Part shown: positions 62,989 through 64,000 of the stretch, piece after piece
Layout of the letters: each line of letters begins with the position of its first letter
Position numbering within the stretch: position 1 is the stretch's first letter
DNA from: a virus
Virus record (IMG/VR): IMGVR_UViG_3300009130_000005
Location: 52,467 to 116,466 of that record
Length of the DNA: 64,000 nt
Direction: 5' to 3' (one strand)
The notes under the pieces: generated by a model
The model's database searches: none
What the model saw: the letters and a program-made list of their open reading frames with translations, nothing else
What the model was told of the DNA's origin: nothing
Made by a program: the position numbers and the translations under genes

Positions 62989-63028
62989 AAGTTAACTTTT
63001 AACTTTTGTTGGACTTTAATTTTTTTAG

Positions 63029-63036
63029 GTGTATTA
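63029..63036 (+). promoter_or_regulatory. GTGTA late-promoter-like motif
   Basis: GTGTATTA 14 nt before the portal ATG; same spacing at 1836, 4172(-) and 55550. Confidence 0.7.
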
Positions 63037-63042
63037 TTAATT

Positions 63043-64000
63043 ATGCCAAGGAAATATACAAAAACATCAGAGTATTGGGATAAGTTTAAGAAGCCACCTA
63101 ATAACAATATGAACGAGTTGTTTGCACAGGGGGCAACTTCTGAGCCCAAGTTTTGTGGAAGCAATTACTACACTCAGGCGGATTATGCCAGAGTTGGGCC
63201 AAAGTCTGGAGAAAGCGGAGTTTCAAGATCCAATAAAATATTCAAGAGCACAAAAGGTAGTAGGTATGCGAATATACAAGAAGGTTTATTGCCGTTTGAA
63301 CATAATGCCAGTGGAATTTCTGTAAGAGAATCAATTGAGCTTTGCCAAAAGGCTTATTGTAATGTTGCAATATTTAGGAATGCTATAGATATTATGGCAG
63401 AATTTGCTAATTCTCCAATTCACCTTGAGGGGGGTACTGGTCCAGCGAAAGAGTTTGTTTCAAAATGGCTAGAGAGAATAAAAGCTTGGTCTTTAAAGGA
63501 TCAATATTTCAGGGAATACTATAGGAGTGGTAATGTATTCTTTTATAGAATTGATGGAAAATTTGATAAGGATGATTTTAAGAAAATATCTTCAATTTAT
63601 GGCTCCGAAGGGCAGATTCCTTTAGGGAAAATCCCCATAAGATACATTCTTCTTAATCCGTATGATATCGTCGCCACAAGAACTACAGCGTTTGATGAGG
63701 GAGACTACAAGAAAGTGTTGTCAGAATATGAATTGGATAGACTGCGCAACCCTCAAACTAAAGAAGATAAAGAGCTTTTTGATAGTTTGCCAGCAAAAAC
63801 AAAAAAAGAAATTAAGAACAAAGGCTTTTCTCAGGAAGGAGTTGATATGGTCCTTGACCCAGAAAAACTTTCTTATAGCTTTTACAAAAAACAAGACTAT
63901 GAGCCCTTTGCGATACCTTTTGGTTTCGCCGTGTTAGACGACATAAACTGGAAGCTTGAGCTTAAAAAGATTGACCAAGCAATAAGTAGAACAGTTGAGA
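63043..64000 (+). CDS. Portal protein (3'-truncated; absent from ORF track)
   Basis: MPRKYTK... reads open to the window end; LCQKAY.NVAIFRNAIDIMAEF, YYRSGNVF and KKQDYEPFAIP; lies downstream of terL. Confidence 0.7.
   Translation, partial: MPRKYTKTSEYWDKFKKPPNNNMNELFAQGATSEPKFCGSNYYTQADYARVGPKSGESGVSRSNKIFKSTKGSRYANIQEGLLPFEHNASGISVRESIELCQKAYCNVAIFRNAIDIMAEFANSPIHLEGGTGPAKEFVSKWLERIKAWSLKDQYFREYYRSGNVFFYRIDGKFDKDDFKKISSIYGSEGQIPLGKIPIRYILLNPYDIVATRTTAFDEGDYKKVLSEYELDRLRNPQTKEDKELFDSLPAKTKKEIKNKGFSQEGVDMVLDPEKLSYSFYKKQDYEPFAIPFGFAVLDDINWKLELKKIDQAISRTVE

Noticed and set aside
63122-63937. ORF-track ORFs 63122+, 63662+ and 62910-
   Set aside because: Out-of-frame or antisense shadows of the portal ORF that starts at 63043.

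Overview
The window is a piece of a large, AT-rich tailed-phage (jumbo/huge-phage-like) genome read in the standard code. Family assignments below come from motifs recognised by eye; no database search was run. 0-6 kb holds secreted and glycan genes, a macrodomain gene and tRNA-Thr/Leu. About 6.8-46.9 kb is an almost entirely + strand 'early' region of more than 100 small ORFs, many with their own sigma70 promoter and a leaderless start. It also carries UvsE, a RuvB-like ATPase, rIIA/rIIB, an ATP-dependent ligase, two HhH glycosylases, DUF932, a gp88-like protein and tRNA-Arg. 47-55 kb has Hsp20 under a textbook sigma54 promoter and a sugar/sulfation operon. 55.5-64 kb has a putative lysis trio, a phage sigma factor, nucleases, the large terminase and the start of the portal. 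Main unexplained structures: (1) twelve copies of a composite intergenic element at 28.5-45.8 kb, made of a GC-core palindrome (fused to a sigma54 -24/-12 box in 8 copies) flanked by 25-bp double IHF-like palindromes; it bounds gene modules and switches polarity near 41-42 kb; (2) a ncRNA locus at 37.15-37.52 kb with its own promoter, containing a tRNA whose anticodon loop is replaced by a 57-nt multibranch domain; (3) a GTGTA late-promoter motif at a fixed distance from ATG. The host is possibly Verrucomicrobiota (inference).
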